From the NCBI GenBank assembly GCA_964514595.1, contig CAZEQZ010000001.1, positions 43,914 through 107,913 on the forward strand: 64,000 nucleotides of DNA. The letters are read 5' to 3'. The position numbers were made by a program, and so were the translations under genes. Every line of letters starts with the position of its first letter. Position 1 is the stretch's first letter. The notes below the pieces were generated by a model that did not search any database, had not been told where the DNA came from, and saw nothing but the letters and a program-made list of their open reading frames with translations. This stretch comes from an uncultured Candidatus Saccharibacteria bacterium (GTDB taxonomy: Bacteria > Patescibacteriota > Dojkabacteria > SC72). Shown piece by piece: positions 41,674 to 50,906 of the stretch.

Positions 41674-43335
41674 ATGTTCCACAAGTTAGAAAGTATATTT
41701 AATGTCTTTATTAGAAAAGCTAGGGGGGTAGTAAGATATATAAATGATTATAAAGGACTTCAACTATCAGTAATATATATAATTTCAACTTATATATCCT
41801 TTGGAATCCTGAGAAACATAAAAGGCATAGGGACTATAGGGTTAATCTGTTTGTTATCAATGTCAGTCGTGGTAGGTTTAATACTTTTCCTGCCCCTGAG
41901 AAACATATTCTTGCCAAAGAGGAGGGGGAGTATTCGGGAAGATGGCCCCAAAGGGCGTGTGCATTTTTTTGCTACAAGTGTGGTAATAGCTGTAACGGTA
42001 TTTGTAGCGGTTGTGAAGGCCGCCCTCGTTTGTAACCACAGTGTTGATGTAGAACAAATGGTCCGCGGTTTCACAGGCTGTCAGCACTCCTTTGAGGGGT
42101 ATATATATGACGAACCAGATAGAAAACATAGATATCAACATATAGAATTTAGATTACTAGAGGACCTAGTTGTTGGTGATGAAATTTTAGACAAAAACCA
42201 CGGTTATATACTAGTAAAAACCGAAAATTACGAAAAATTCTCAGTAGGCCAAGTATGTACGTTCACAGGCACGCTCGTGGAACCTGAAGGCTTTGAAGAA
42301 TTTGACTACAAGCAGTACCTTAAAAATAACAACATATTCTTGATTATGGAAGACCCAACATTCTACTGCTGGGATATATCGCAGAGGAGGGCAGGTAACA
42401 CAATAAAAAATTATTTGATCGATTTAAAAGAAAGAATTATTAAAAAGGTTGATTTAATAGTGCAGGAACCACAATCTTCCTTGTTAGTAGGGATACTTTT
42501 TGGTAAAAAACGATTATTTAGTACTGAATTTGATAAGAATGTAAGGGTAGCTGGAGTAAGTCACATTGTTTCTGCATCGGGATATAATATTACAATACTA
42601 GTCTTGATACTTAATAAAATACTCTTTTTTCTACCTAAAAAGATCAAGATAATTTTGGGCCTAATAGTAATTTGGCTCTTTGCAATATTTTCTGGATTCT
42701 CCTCTTCAATAGTTAGGGCCTGTATTATGAGCTCTTTCTCACATATCGCCTTATTAACAGGAAGAAACAACACAATTCACATCACTCTACCATTAGCATC
42801 TGCGATATTTGTATTCTTTGATCCGCTAATCATTTATGACATAGGGTTTCTTCTTTCTATCTCTGCAACATTAGGTTTGGTATATTTACTACCAATATTC
42901 CTATCTTTTAAAGAAAAACTCACCAAGAAATACAAGTTTCTCGACGAATACGTATTCCCCACTATGAGTTGCACTATATCGACGCTCCCAATATCAGTAT
43001 CAACCTTCAAAACATTCTCTATGTGGTCAGTTCCGGTCAATGCCATGGTATTGCCTGTAATCGAAGGCACGATGTTATGGGGCGTACTATCACTTTTAGC
43101 GAATGGTATACATAAGCCGTTATCCCTCTTTTTTATTTCCATTGCAAACCTACAACTTAAATATTTCGAATATACGGTGAATATTATTGGAAAATTGAAT
43201 ATAGGGGCATGGGAAATACCTGATCAGAATGTATTCTTTATCTCCTTAATCCTAACTCTTTCAATAATACTTATTTCCATATATCATTATCCTGTAGAGA
43301 ATGAAAAATATAACTACTATCTCAAAGATAGGTAA
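41674..43335 (+). CDS. comEC: ComEC/Rec2 membrane (competence) domain protein
   Basis: OB-like FDYKQYL, G.SHIVSASGYN, SIVRACIM, DIGFLLS.AT.G, multiple TMs. Confidence 0.92.
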   Translation: MFHKLESIFNVFIRKARGVVRYINDYKGLQLSVIYIISTYISFGILRNIKGIGTIGLICLLSMSVVVGLILFLPLRNIFLPKRRGSIREDGPKGRVHFFATSVVIAVTVFVAVVKAALVCNHSVDVEQMVRGFTGCQHSFEGYIYDEPDRKHRYQHIEFRLLEDLVVGDEILDKNHGYILVKTENYEKFSVGQVCTFTGTLVEPEGFEEFDYKQYLKNNNIFLIMEDPTFYCWDISQRRAGNTIKNYLIDLKERIIKKVDLIVQEPQSSLLVGILFGKKRLFSTEFDKNVRVAGVSHIVSASGYNITILVLILNKILFFLPKKIKIILGLIVIWLFAIFSGFSSSIVRACIMSSFSHIALLTGRNNTIHITLPLASAIFVFFDPLIIYDIGFLLSISATLGLVYLLPIFLSFKEKLTKKYKFLDEYVFPTMSCTISTLPISVSTFKTFSMWSVPVNAMVLPVIEGTMLWGVLSLLANGIHKPLSLFFISIANLQLKYFEYTVNIIGKLNIGAWEIPDQNVFFISLILTLSIILISIYHYPVENEKYNYYLKDR

Positions 43336-44152
43336 AAAGTTTCTCCAAAAAAATATTGTTAATATAATCTTTGTTCTGGCAACGATTATACTGTTCTCTT
43401 TTTCCAGAAATGATAATAACCGGGGCCCAGAGATAATATTTTTTGATGTAGGGCAGGGAGATGCCATATTAATTCAGCAGGATAATTTTCAGGTATTGGT
43501 AGATGGTGGTCCGGATGACGGGATTATATATGAATTAGCAAGAAAGATGCCTTTGTATGACAAAAATATTGAAATAATGGTATTAACACACCCACACGAG
43601 GATCATATTAGGGGGCTTCTCAATGTACTAGAAGAGTATACCGTGGAAAAAATATTCATAAATAGAGTAGAGTATGAAAACAGGGCATACAAATATATGC
43701 TAGATAACTACGAAAACATTCTGTACGACGTGGTAGGGGGAGATACATTTGAGTATGGGGATATTAAGGGTGAGGTTCTGTATCCTTTTAATGAAGAAAG
43801 ATCTCAGGAGAAAAACCTAAACAACGAATCCATAGTACTTTTAGTGGGCATTAAGAATTACAGGATACTACTTATGGGTGATGCAGAAATCGAAGTAGAA
43901 GGGAGATTAATAGAACAGTACGATCTGCAAAACATATATATACTAAAAGTTGGACACCACTGTTCAAAGACTTCTTCTTCTGAGATGTTTCTCAAAATCA
44001 CAAAACCACAAATAGCTATTTGTTCCTGTGGTGAAAAGAATAAATTTGGTCATCCCCATTATGAAACCATAGAAAAATTCATAAACCTAGATGTTCAATA
44101 TTTAATAACATACAAGGAAGGAAGTATAGTTATTAAATTCAATGATTTGTGA
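43301..44152 (+). CDS. ComEC C-terminal metallo-beta-lactamase domain as a separate ORF
   Basis: FDVGQGDA, LVDGG, THPHEDH, NNES, LMGD, KVGHH, NKFGHPH. Confidence 0.92.
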   Translation: MKNITTISKIGKKFLQKNIVNIIFVLATIILFSFSRNDNNRGPEIIFFDVGQGDAILIQQDNFQVLVDGGPDDGIIYELARKMPLYDKNIEIMVLTHPHEDHIRGLLNVLEEYTVEKIFINRVEYENRAYKYMLDNYENILYDVVGGDTFEYGDIKGEVLYPFNEERSQEKNLNNESIVLLVGIKNYRILLMGDAEIEVEGRLIEQYDLQNIYILKVGHHCSKTSSSEMFLKITKPQIAICSCGEKNKFGHPHYETIEKFINLDVQYLITYKEGSIVIKFNDL

Positions 44153-44178
44153 TAAAATGCTTTTAATTAGCACATTCT

Positions 44179-44252
44179 GTACCTGTAGCTCAACTGGATA
44201 GAGCATTGGTTTGCGGAACCAAAGGTTGTCGGTTCGATTCCGACCAGGTACT
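44179..44252 (+). tRNA. tRNA-Arg(GCG)
   Basis: GTACCTG/CAGGTAC, anticodon arm TTGGT-TTGCGGA-ACCAA, D-loop GGA (A20). Confidence 0.93.
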
Positions 44253-44254
44253 AA

Positions 44255-44329
44255 CTACGTCCGGTTTGTACAAAAACCTCAGCCTATCAAGCACTATACG
44301 GTATTATCTTTTCTTTTTTAATATGCTAT
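44255..44329 (+). repeat. Degenerate dispersed repeat, copy 2
   Basis: See 19475-19549. Begins 2 nt after tRNA-Arg(GCG). Confidence 0.6.
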
Positions 44330-44433
44330 GAGACATGGGGTCTCTTTTTCAAATTTTTGTTTTTCTGAAAAGTCTTTTCCTGTGTTTTTTGTTTTAAAAA
44401 TGGTAAGATTATGCCTAAGGGTCTGTTCCTTAA

Positions 44434-44507
44434 GCACTCGTAGCTTAACTGGATAGAGCATCGGTCTTCGGAACCGAGGGTTGGGGGTTCGAATCCCTCC
44501 GAGTGCG
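44434..44507 (+). tRNA. tRNA-Arg(TCG)
   Basis: GCACTCG/CGAGTGC, anticodon arm TCGGT-CTTCGGA-ACCGA. Confidence 0.95.
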
Positions 44508-44530
44508 TTCGCTGTGTTATTATATATACT

Positions 44531-46321
44531 ATGGAAATAACAAAGAAAATAACTAACCTACTTACTGAGTCGTTAAATTCGCAGGAAATAGATTCTGCGA
44601 ATATTGATATTGTAGTGGAGGCTCCAAACGATATGTCAAAGGGAGACTATGCGACGAACGTTGCAATGAGGCTATCTTCTCAATTAAAACAAAATCCAAT
44701 GAATATAGCTCAAAGTATAGTAGAGAACTTGCCAAAGGACATAGATATTGAAGAAGTGGAAGTAGCACCTCCAGGCTTTATTAACTTCACTCTCTCTAAC
44801 AGATACTATCTTGCAGAAATAGCAAAGATAATAGGGAACGGTGAATACTTCAAGCTAGACCAAAGACAGAATGAAAAAGTAGTAATCGAGTATACAGATG
44901 CAAACCCATTTAAAGAATTCCATATTGGTCATCTATATTCAAATGCTGTAGGGGAATCATTTTCAAGGCTCCAGGAGGCTCTGGGGGCCGACGTAACAAG
45001 AGCTTGCTATCAAGGAGATGTGGGGCTTCATGTTGCCAAATCTATATGGGGATTAGAAAAGAAACTAACACAGGAAAATAAAAAATTTGAAGAATTAGAA
45101 AAACTATCTTTAGAACAAAGAGTGAAATACTTAGGAGAAGCCTATGTATTAGGGGCACACCACTATGATGAACTAAAGGATGAAAGTGCCATAAAAGAAA
45201 CAGATGACCTTAATTACTACATATTCTCACTAACATCAGATACCCTAGAAAAAAGAGATTTCTCAGAATATGAAAAGAGAAATGTGGCCCAGGTGTATAA
45301 GAAGGGACGACAGTGGTGCTTAGATTTCTTTGAGAAGATATATGAAAAGGTTGATACTAAGTTTGATCATTACTTTTTTGAGAGCGAAGTGGGGGAGGCC
45401 GGTCTAAAAATCGTTCTAGATAATATCGAGGATATATTTGAAAAAGACCAAGGAGCAATCATCTACAGGGGAGATGAAAAAAAGAATCTTCATACACGAG
45501 TTTTTGTAAATAGCTATGGTTTGCCAACCTATGAAGCTAAGGAAATAGGCTTAGCTCTAAAGAAAGAAGATCTACTGGACTATGACGAGTCTGTAGTGAT
45601 TACTGCAGATGAGCAGAGTGGATATTTTAAGGTAGTCTTGGATGCTTTGAGTAAGATAAGACCTGATGTGGCAAAGAAAATTAAGCATTTTGCCCACGGG
45701 AAGGTTAAGCTTCCGGGGAATAGTAAGATGTCTAGTAGGAAGGGTGGAATACTCTCTGGGGAATGGTTAATTAATGAGACAAAGGTGAAGGTGAAGGAGG
45801 TAATGAAGAAAAATGGGAAGATTTCGGGTATTCTCTTGGATAGAGTAAGTGAAAAAGTGGCTATAGGTGCAATTAAATATGCATTCCTTAAGGTCTCTAT
45901 TGGTAGAGACATAGTTTTCGATTTTGATAAATCAATCTCATTTGATGGGGATACAGGACCATACCTTATGTACGTATATGCTAGATGTGCATCAATATTA
46001 AAAGAAGCCGGGAAACTTGCAGATCCAAGAAATGTCTGCCTAGACCCATGTATGGATAATGCCGAGACAAGGGGGTTAGTTTCGACACTTAGCAAATACC
46101 GAGAGGCCTTGCTTGATTCTTCTACTAACTATGCACCATCAATATTGACACAGTATCTCTTTTCTTTAGGCCAATCATTTAACTCTTTCTATCAAAATGT
46201 GAGGGTATTGGATGCCTCTGATGAACAAAGAGAAATACTTCTTCTAATTGTTAAAGCTACTATGTTAATTATGAAAGATGGCCTTGATAATCTAGGTATA
46301 GATGTAGTGCAAAAGATGTAG
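44531..46321 (+). CDS. argS: Arginine--tRNA ligase
   Basis: GDYATN.A, PGFINF, EYTDANP..FHIGH, KMSSRKG, GPYLMY.YAR. Confidence 0.97.
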   Translation: MEITKKITNLLTESLNSQEIDSANIDIVVEAPNDMSKGDYATNVAMRLSSQLKQNPMNIAQSIVENLPKDIDIEEVEVAPPGFINFTLSNRYYLAEIAKIIGNGEYFKLDQRQNEKVVIEYTDANPFKEFHIGHLYSNAVGESFSRLQEALGADVTRACYQGDVGLHVAKSIWGLEKKLTQENKKFEELEKLSLEQRVKYLGEAYVLGAHHYDELKDESAIKETDDLNYYIFSLTSDTLEKRDFSEYEKRNVAQVYKKGRQWCLDFFEKIYEKVDTKFDHYFFESEVGEAGLKIVLDNIEDIFEKDQGAIIYRGDEKKNLHTRVFVNSYGLPTYEAKEIGLALKKEDLLDYDESVVITADEQSGYFKVVLDALSKIRPDVAKKIKHFAHGKVKLPGNSKMSSRKGGILSGEWLINETKVKVKEVMKKNGKISGILLDRVSEKVAIGAIKYAFLKVSIGRDIVFDFDKSISFDGDTGPYLMYVYARCASILKEAGKLADPRNVCLDPCMDNAETRGLVSTLSKYREALLDSSTNYAPSILTQYLFSLGQSFNSFYQNVRVLDASDEQREILLLIVKATMLIMKDGLDNLGIDVVQKM

Positions 46322-46322
46322 G

Positions 46323-46396
46323 CGGGGTGTAGTTCAGATGGCTAGAACGCTACATTCGGGATGTAGAGGTCGTCCGTTCAAGTCGGATCACCCCGA
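46323..46396 (+). tRNA. tRNA-Pro(CGG)
   Basis: CGGGGTG/CACCCCG-A, loop TTCGGGA. Confidence 0.95.
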
Positions 46397-46440
46397 TTTC
46401 ATTATTTTTGTTCCCCAGACTATATGTTAAAATGACATAT

Positions 46441-47334
46441 ATGCAAGATCCATTAGAAATAGTAAAAGAGGCTGATAAATATCGAGAACAGGAGGGTGAT
46501 ATTCAAAAGGGCATTACTCTTTTGGAGAAAAATTTAAAAGAATTGGAGAAAGATCCTATTATTCTTTCTTTCTATATCCCGCTGTTTTTAAAGAAATTAG
46601 GAAACTTCTACAGAGATATTGGCGACACAAAGAGAGCCAAAGAGCTATATCAGAATGGTTTGGAAGTAGCCAAGAATGACTTAAATAGAATGGAGGAAGC
46701 CGATATATTGGTATCTATGGCTTTCTTGGAGCTTAAAACTGGTACTGCAAAAGATGCCCTTAAGTATGCACTTAAGGCTTGGGAGTATATAGGGCCTAAG
46801 AGAGGTGGTAAGTTTGCAGAAATAAAGGTTAATACCCTAGCTGTGTTAGGGAATATCCATTTTGAGCAAGCAGACTTAGAAGAGGCATTGAGGAGATATG
46901 AAAGGGCCCTTAGAATATCGGAAAAATATAAGATTAAGAAAAGAATCATAACTGTTTCTGGAGACATAGCTAATGTATATATTATGCTTAAGGAAGAGGA
47001 GAAGGCATTACGTATTCTAGAAAAAGTTTTGCCCTTAGCAGAGGAATTGTACCAAGTTGCACTTCCACAGATACATATGAGAATTGGAAAGCTGAATATG
47101 GCAAAAAGAAATTATGAGAAAGCAAAAGGGAGTTTCCGGGTTGCCTTAGATATCTCGGAAACCATGGGCTTGTCAAGGGATATAGGGGAGTCGTATGAAA
47201 ATCTAGGTGATGTATCAGCGTTAGAAGATAGCCATGAGGCTAAAATCTATTATGAAAAAGCCTTGACTCAGTATAAAAAGAGTGGGTTAAGTCCCCACGT
47301 CGAGTCCGCAAATAGGAAGCTTAAGACGGTTTAA
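46441..47334 (+). CDS. Tetratricopeptide-repeat protein
   Basis: Repeated LG..Y...G...A...Y..AL helices. Start placed at ATG 46441, since TGn-TAAAAT lies 7 nt upstream. Confidence 0.88.
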   Translation: MQDPLEIVKEADKYREQEGDIQKGITLLEKNLKELEKDPIILSFYIPLFLKKLGNFYRDIGDTKRAKELYQNGLEVAKNDLNRMEEADILVSMAFLELKTGTAKDALKYALKAWEYIGPKRGGKFAEIKVNTLAVLGNIHFEQADLEEALRRYERALRISEKYKIKKRIITVSGDIANVYIMLKEEEKALRILEKVLPLAEELYQVALPQIHMRIGKLNMAKRNYEKAKGSFRVALDISETMGLSRDIGESYENLGDVSALEDSHEAKIYYEKALTQYKKSGLSPHVESANRKLKTV

Positions 47335-48328
47335 CACTTGCCAATTGCCCACATGCTGCTTTGATATCATTCCCGTATGAGTGCCTGAGTGTGTTATTAA
47401 TACCTCTGGAATCAAGAATATTTTGGAAGGCTAGTATAGACTTTTTGATACTTGGTTGAAATGGTATACCTGGAGAGTCATTAAACCCAATTAGGTTAAC
47501 TAAGGCTATTTGGTTTTTAAGTAGCTTTGATAGCTGTATCGCATGCTCTGGTTGATCATTTATATTTTTCAAAAGTAGGTATTCATAGGTAATCTTTTTA
47601 TTTGATTTTTTCTGATAATCTATTAGGGTATCAATTAAATCATCCAAGTGATTCTCTTTGGAAACTGTTGGCATTATGTTTTCTCTTAAAGCTTGTGTAG
47701 GTGCATGTAAACTCACAGCTATCTTTACCCCCAGATTACTTTTTAGGAACTTTTTCAACTGTTCTATATACCCAACAGTTGATACAGTAATTCTTCTTCT
47801 CCCTAGGGCAACCTTGTCGGGGTGCGTTAAGATTTTAATAGCTTCTGTGACATTTTCTAGATTTAGCATAGGTTCTCCCATACCCATAAATACAACATTA
47901 GTAATAGTTTGTCCTGTAGTACTGAGCTGTCTTTTAAAATACATAATCTGATCAATAATCTCTTGTACATCCAAATTTCTATTAAACTGCATTTGCCCTG
48001 TGGCACAGAATTTACATCCAACAGGGCAGCCACTCATGCAGCTAACACATATGGTATTCCTGCTTTTTGATTTCATAAGGACTGTTTCGACAGGATATCC
48101 CTCTGAGGTATAACTAATTGTCTTTATAGTTCGTTTGTCATCGGATTTGTACTTCTGGAAACCTAACAACTTGGAGAAGGGAACCTGTTTTGAAAGCTCA
48201 TTTCTAAGGGTGATGGGCCATGTAGAGAGTTCATCCCACGATGCAATATTATTGCCGTAGTATTGGAGATTTATCTGCTTTAATCTGTAGCTTGGTAGGT
48301 TGTTTTCTAGTATGAATTTCTCGAACAT
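47321..48328 (-). CDS. rlmN: 23S rRNA m2A2503 radical SAM methyltransferase RlmN
   Basis: ETV, CVS..GC...CKFCATG, FMGMGEP, SLHAP, AACGQL. Confidence 0.93.
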   Translation of the reverse strand: MFEKFILENNLPSYRLKQINLQYYGNNIASWDELSTWPITLRNELSKQVPFSKLLGFQKYKSDDKRTIKTISYTSEGYPVETVLMKSKSRNTICVSCMSGCPVGCKFCATGQMQFNRNLDVQEIIDQIMYFKRQLSTTGQTITNVVFMGMGEPMLNLENVTEAIKILTHPDKVALGRRRITVSTVGYIEQLKKFLKSNLGVKIAVSLHAPTQALRENIMPTVSKENHLDDLIDTLIDYQKKSNKKITYEYLLLKNINDQPEHAIQLSKLLKNQIALVNLIGFNDSPGIPFQPSIKKSILAFQNILDSRGINNTLRHSYGNDIKAACGQLASVKPS

Positions 48329-48335
48329 ATATTTA

Positions 48336-48364
48336 TTGACAGAAGGTATATATAAATGTAAAGT
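48336..48364 (+). promoter_or_regulatory. Sigma70 promoter for the dockerin-module gene
   Basis: TTGACA, 17 bp, TAAAGT. Confidence 0.65.
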
Positions 48365-48406
48365 ATTAATTAATAAAAGTAATTATAACTTAATTATATA
48401 CTAAAT

Positions 48407-50134
48407 ATGTTTAGGATAAATCAGAAGGCTAAACTCTTTTTAGCTGTTGTTGTATTTCTTCTATTAGCACCATTGACAATCTACTATGTAGTGGATGGAG
48501 TTTTTGACTTAAGAAGTAGGGCAGGTGATCCTGATGTATTACCTGAGGAGTTTAAAATTGCTGATTTGAATGCAGATAACAAAATTACTATAGCTGACTT
48601 TAGTATATGGTTGAGTAATTTTAGACAATTCAAATTAAATCCGGCAGCATTCAATGCCATGAGTGATTTGGATAAGAATGCCGCTATAACGATCTCCGAT
48701 TTCGCGATATGGTTAGATCTATGGAGAAAGTATAAGGTATACAATTTCGGGGGAGATGGAGGAGTGACACCTCCTATTATTGTAGAGTCTCCGCTATTTG
48801 GAACTGGTACCGATGGAAGTGTTTCAGTAAGTGCTGATACGAATATTAATACCTCAACAATTTCATCAACTAGATCTTGTGCAGATGCCAAGTCATATAA
48901 TGTCGTTAAGTTTGATTCTGATACGGTAGTACAGGTCAATGAAGGTGTTAGTGAGGCTTGTATAAAGACAGGTGATGAGGTTTTGGTTTTGGGTCTAGCT
49001 GGAACAGAAACAAATGTGGAGACAGTGGGGAATTATGAGACATTTATAGTGGCAAGTGTAGCGGGGGATAAAATAACTTTTGCAACGGCCAAAACTAAGG
49101 CATTTGGTAATAAGGCTATAGTACAAAGAGTTCCTCAGTATGAGAATGTTAGTATTGCTGCAGGAAAGAGTCTATATCCTTCTGCTTGGGATGGGACCTC
49201 TGGTGGTGTTGTTTTCTTTAGGGCAACAGGGAGGGTAAGTGTAGAGGGGACAATACATGCAGATGGTATGGGGTATAGAGGTGGAGCTGCATCTTTGAAT
49301 AATGGTCAAAATTCTAAACCTGGAGAGGGAGCTATCCCTTCTAGTGGTACAAATGGTCAGGGTGGAGCTATTGGTCAGAATGGTTTTGCTGGGACGTTTA
49401 GTGGTGGAGGTGGTGCAGGGACTTCTATGAAAACAGGTGGAGTAGCTTCCACACTTCTAGGTTCTACAGGAGGAGGTGGAGGTGGTGGTGCAAGTAGCGG
49501 GTCAGGGAACGATTTCGGTGGTTTTGCAGGTGGAGGAGGAGGTGGTGGAAATGGTACAGGTGGAATAGGGGGTAAAAGCGCAGAGTATGGGACTAGTACT
49601 GTTGGTGCTACGGGTACAGATATGGCAGGTGCTGGTGGTAAAGCAGCAAGGGGATCTAAAACAGTAACCGCGACAGGTAGCACTGTTTATAAAAAACAAG
49701 CAGGAGGAGGTGGTGGCGGCGGTGCAACTATAGGTACTGCGAATCTTTTAAAACTAACTTTTGGAGGAGGAGGTGGTGGTGGTGGCTGCGGAACTGGTGT
49801 TGAAAAACAAAACAGGCAGGGAACTTCTGGAACAAATGGAGGTGGCATTATATATATTGCTGCCAATGAAATAACAGTTACAGGTGTTATTTCTGCCAGA
49901 GGGCTAGATCCCGTTGTTCCTAGTTATCGTGCTGGAGGGCAGGGTGGTGGTGGTGCAGGTGGTTCTATTAAGTTAATAGGAAATATCTTGAATTTAGGAA
50001 CTAACAAAATTTTAGCAACTGGTGGCGCAAATACAACAACTGGAGGAACTGGTGGGATGGGTAGAATTGGAATACAGTATATGAGTACATTTACTGGATC
50101 AACTAATCCAGTCTCTGCAAACTCAAAGATTTAA
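48407..50134 (+). CDS. Exported protein: dockerin-like duplicated Ca-binding motif plus Cys/poly-Gly module (copy 5)
   Basis: N-terminal TM then RSRA; ADLNADNKITIADFSIWL and SDLDKNAAITISDFAIWL; from 48800 the module GTGTDG..RSCADA..GDEVL..GNYE..QRVPQY..WDGTSGGVVFFRATG..poly-Gly..GRIGIQY. Confidence 0.85.
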   Translation: MFRINQKAKLFLAVVVFLLLAPLTIYYVVDGVFDLRSRAGDPDVLPEEFKIADLNADNKITIADFSIWLSNFRQFKLNPAAFNAMSDLDKNAAITISDFAIWLDLWRKYKVYNFGGDGGVTPPIIVESPLFGTGTDGSVSVSADTNINTSTISSTRSCADAKSYNVVKFDSDTVVQVNEGVSEACIKTGDEVLVLGLAGTETNVETVGNYETFIVASVAGDKITFATAKTKAFGNKAIVQRVPQYENVSIAAGKSLYPSAWDGTSGGVVFFRATGRVSVEGTIHADGMGYRGGAASLNNGQNSKPGEGAIPSSGTNGQGGAIGQNGFAGTFSGGGGAGTSMKTGGVASTLLGSTGGGGGGGASSGSGNDFGGFAGGGGGGGNGTGGIGGKSAEYGTSTVGATGTDMAGAGGKAARGSKTVTATGSTVYKKQAGGGGGGGATIGTANLLKLTFGGGGGGGGCGTGVEKQNRQGTSGTNGGGIIYIAANEITVTGVISARGLDPVVPSYRAGGQGGGGAGGSIKLIGNILNLGTNKILATGGANTTTGGTGGMGRIGIQYMSTFTGSTNPVSANSKI

Positions 50135-50162
50135 TTAATATGAATTAAGGAAGGATAATTAT

Positions 50163-50768
50163 TTATTCTCCCTTTTTCTCTGTTAATCCTCCAATGGCCA
50201 ATATGAAAGCTATTAGAGTTATTACTCCAGCCAATACATATAAAGCATTGTCAGAAAGAAATGTAGATACTTTGTCGAACAAAGAATCTTCGCTTGTTTC
50301 TATCTCTTCTGTTACTTCCAAATCATCAGAACCTAGATTCTCAGGTTTATTAACGTTTAATATCTCTCCAATAATCAATGAGCCAAAATCTAATGTTTTC
50401 TCATCAACATAGAAGAAATAATCCTCTGATTCTGTCTCATATGTAACAGTAGCTAACACTCCAGACATCTCTGTTTCTGAATCATTAAAGCATTCGATGC
50501 TTATCTTTTCATCATCAAACTTTGCATTACCTCCGAAAGTACAAAATCCTTCGGAAGGTGTAACCTCCTTTATGGTTACATCTTCAGAATACAAGATGTT
50601 CATATCTAAACCATCAACATAGCTACCATTAGAGTGTACTATTACAGAAAGAGTGCCTTCCTCCCTATTATCTTCCAATTCTATACTTACAGCAGCATAT
50701 ACTTTGCTTGAGAAAATAAAACCAAAACCTACGAATAATAACAATCCAAAGATATATTTCTTGAACAT
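50163..50768 (-). CDS. Cohesin-like domain protein with signal peptide and C-terminal TM anchor
   Basis: Signal ending VYA; beta-sandwich pattern LSVIVHS..VDGLDMNILY...GVLATVTY; acidic linker; C-terminal TM then KK. Start placed at ATG 50768. Confidence 0.6.
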   Translation of the reverse strand: MFKKYIFGLLLFVGFGFIFSSKVYAAVSIELEDNREEGTLSVIVHSNGSYVDGLDMNILYSEDVTIKEVTPSEGFCTFGGNAKFDDEKISIECFNDSETEMSGVLATVTYETESEDYFFYVDEKTLDFGSLIIGEILNVNKPENLGSDDLEVTEEIETSEDSLFDKVSTFLSDNALYVLAGVITLIAFILAIGGLTEKKGE

Positions 50769-50906
50769 AATTAAGATTAATAATAAATTATTCCTTAATC
50801 CAGAGTAGCAGAGTGAAAACATAATGTAAAGGGTTCCTTAATTTAATTGACAAAGGGAAATATTTATTGCAATATATTAATTAATGTAAATTTAAGAAAT
50901 ATTAAT

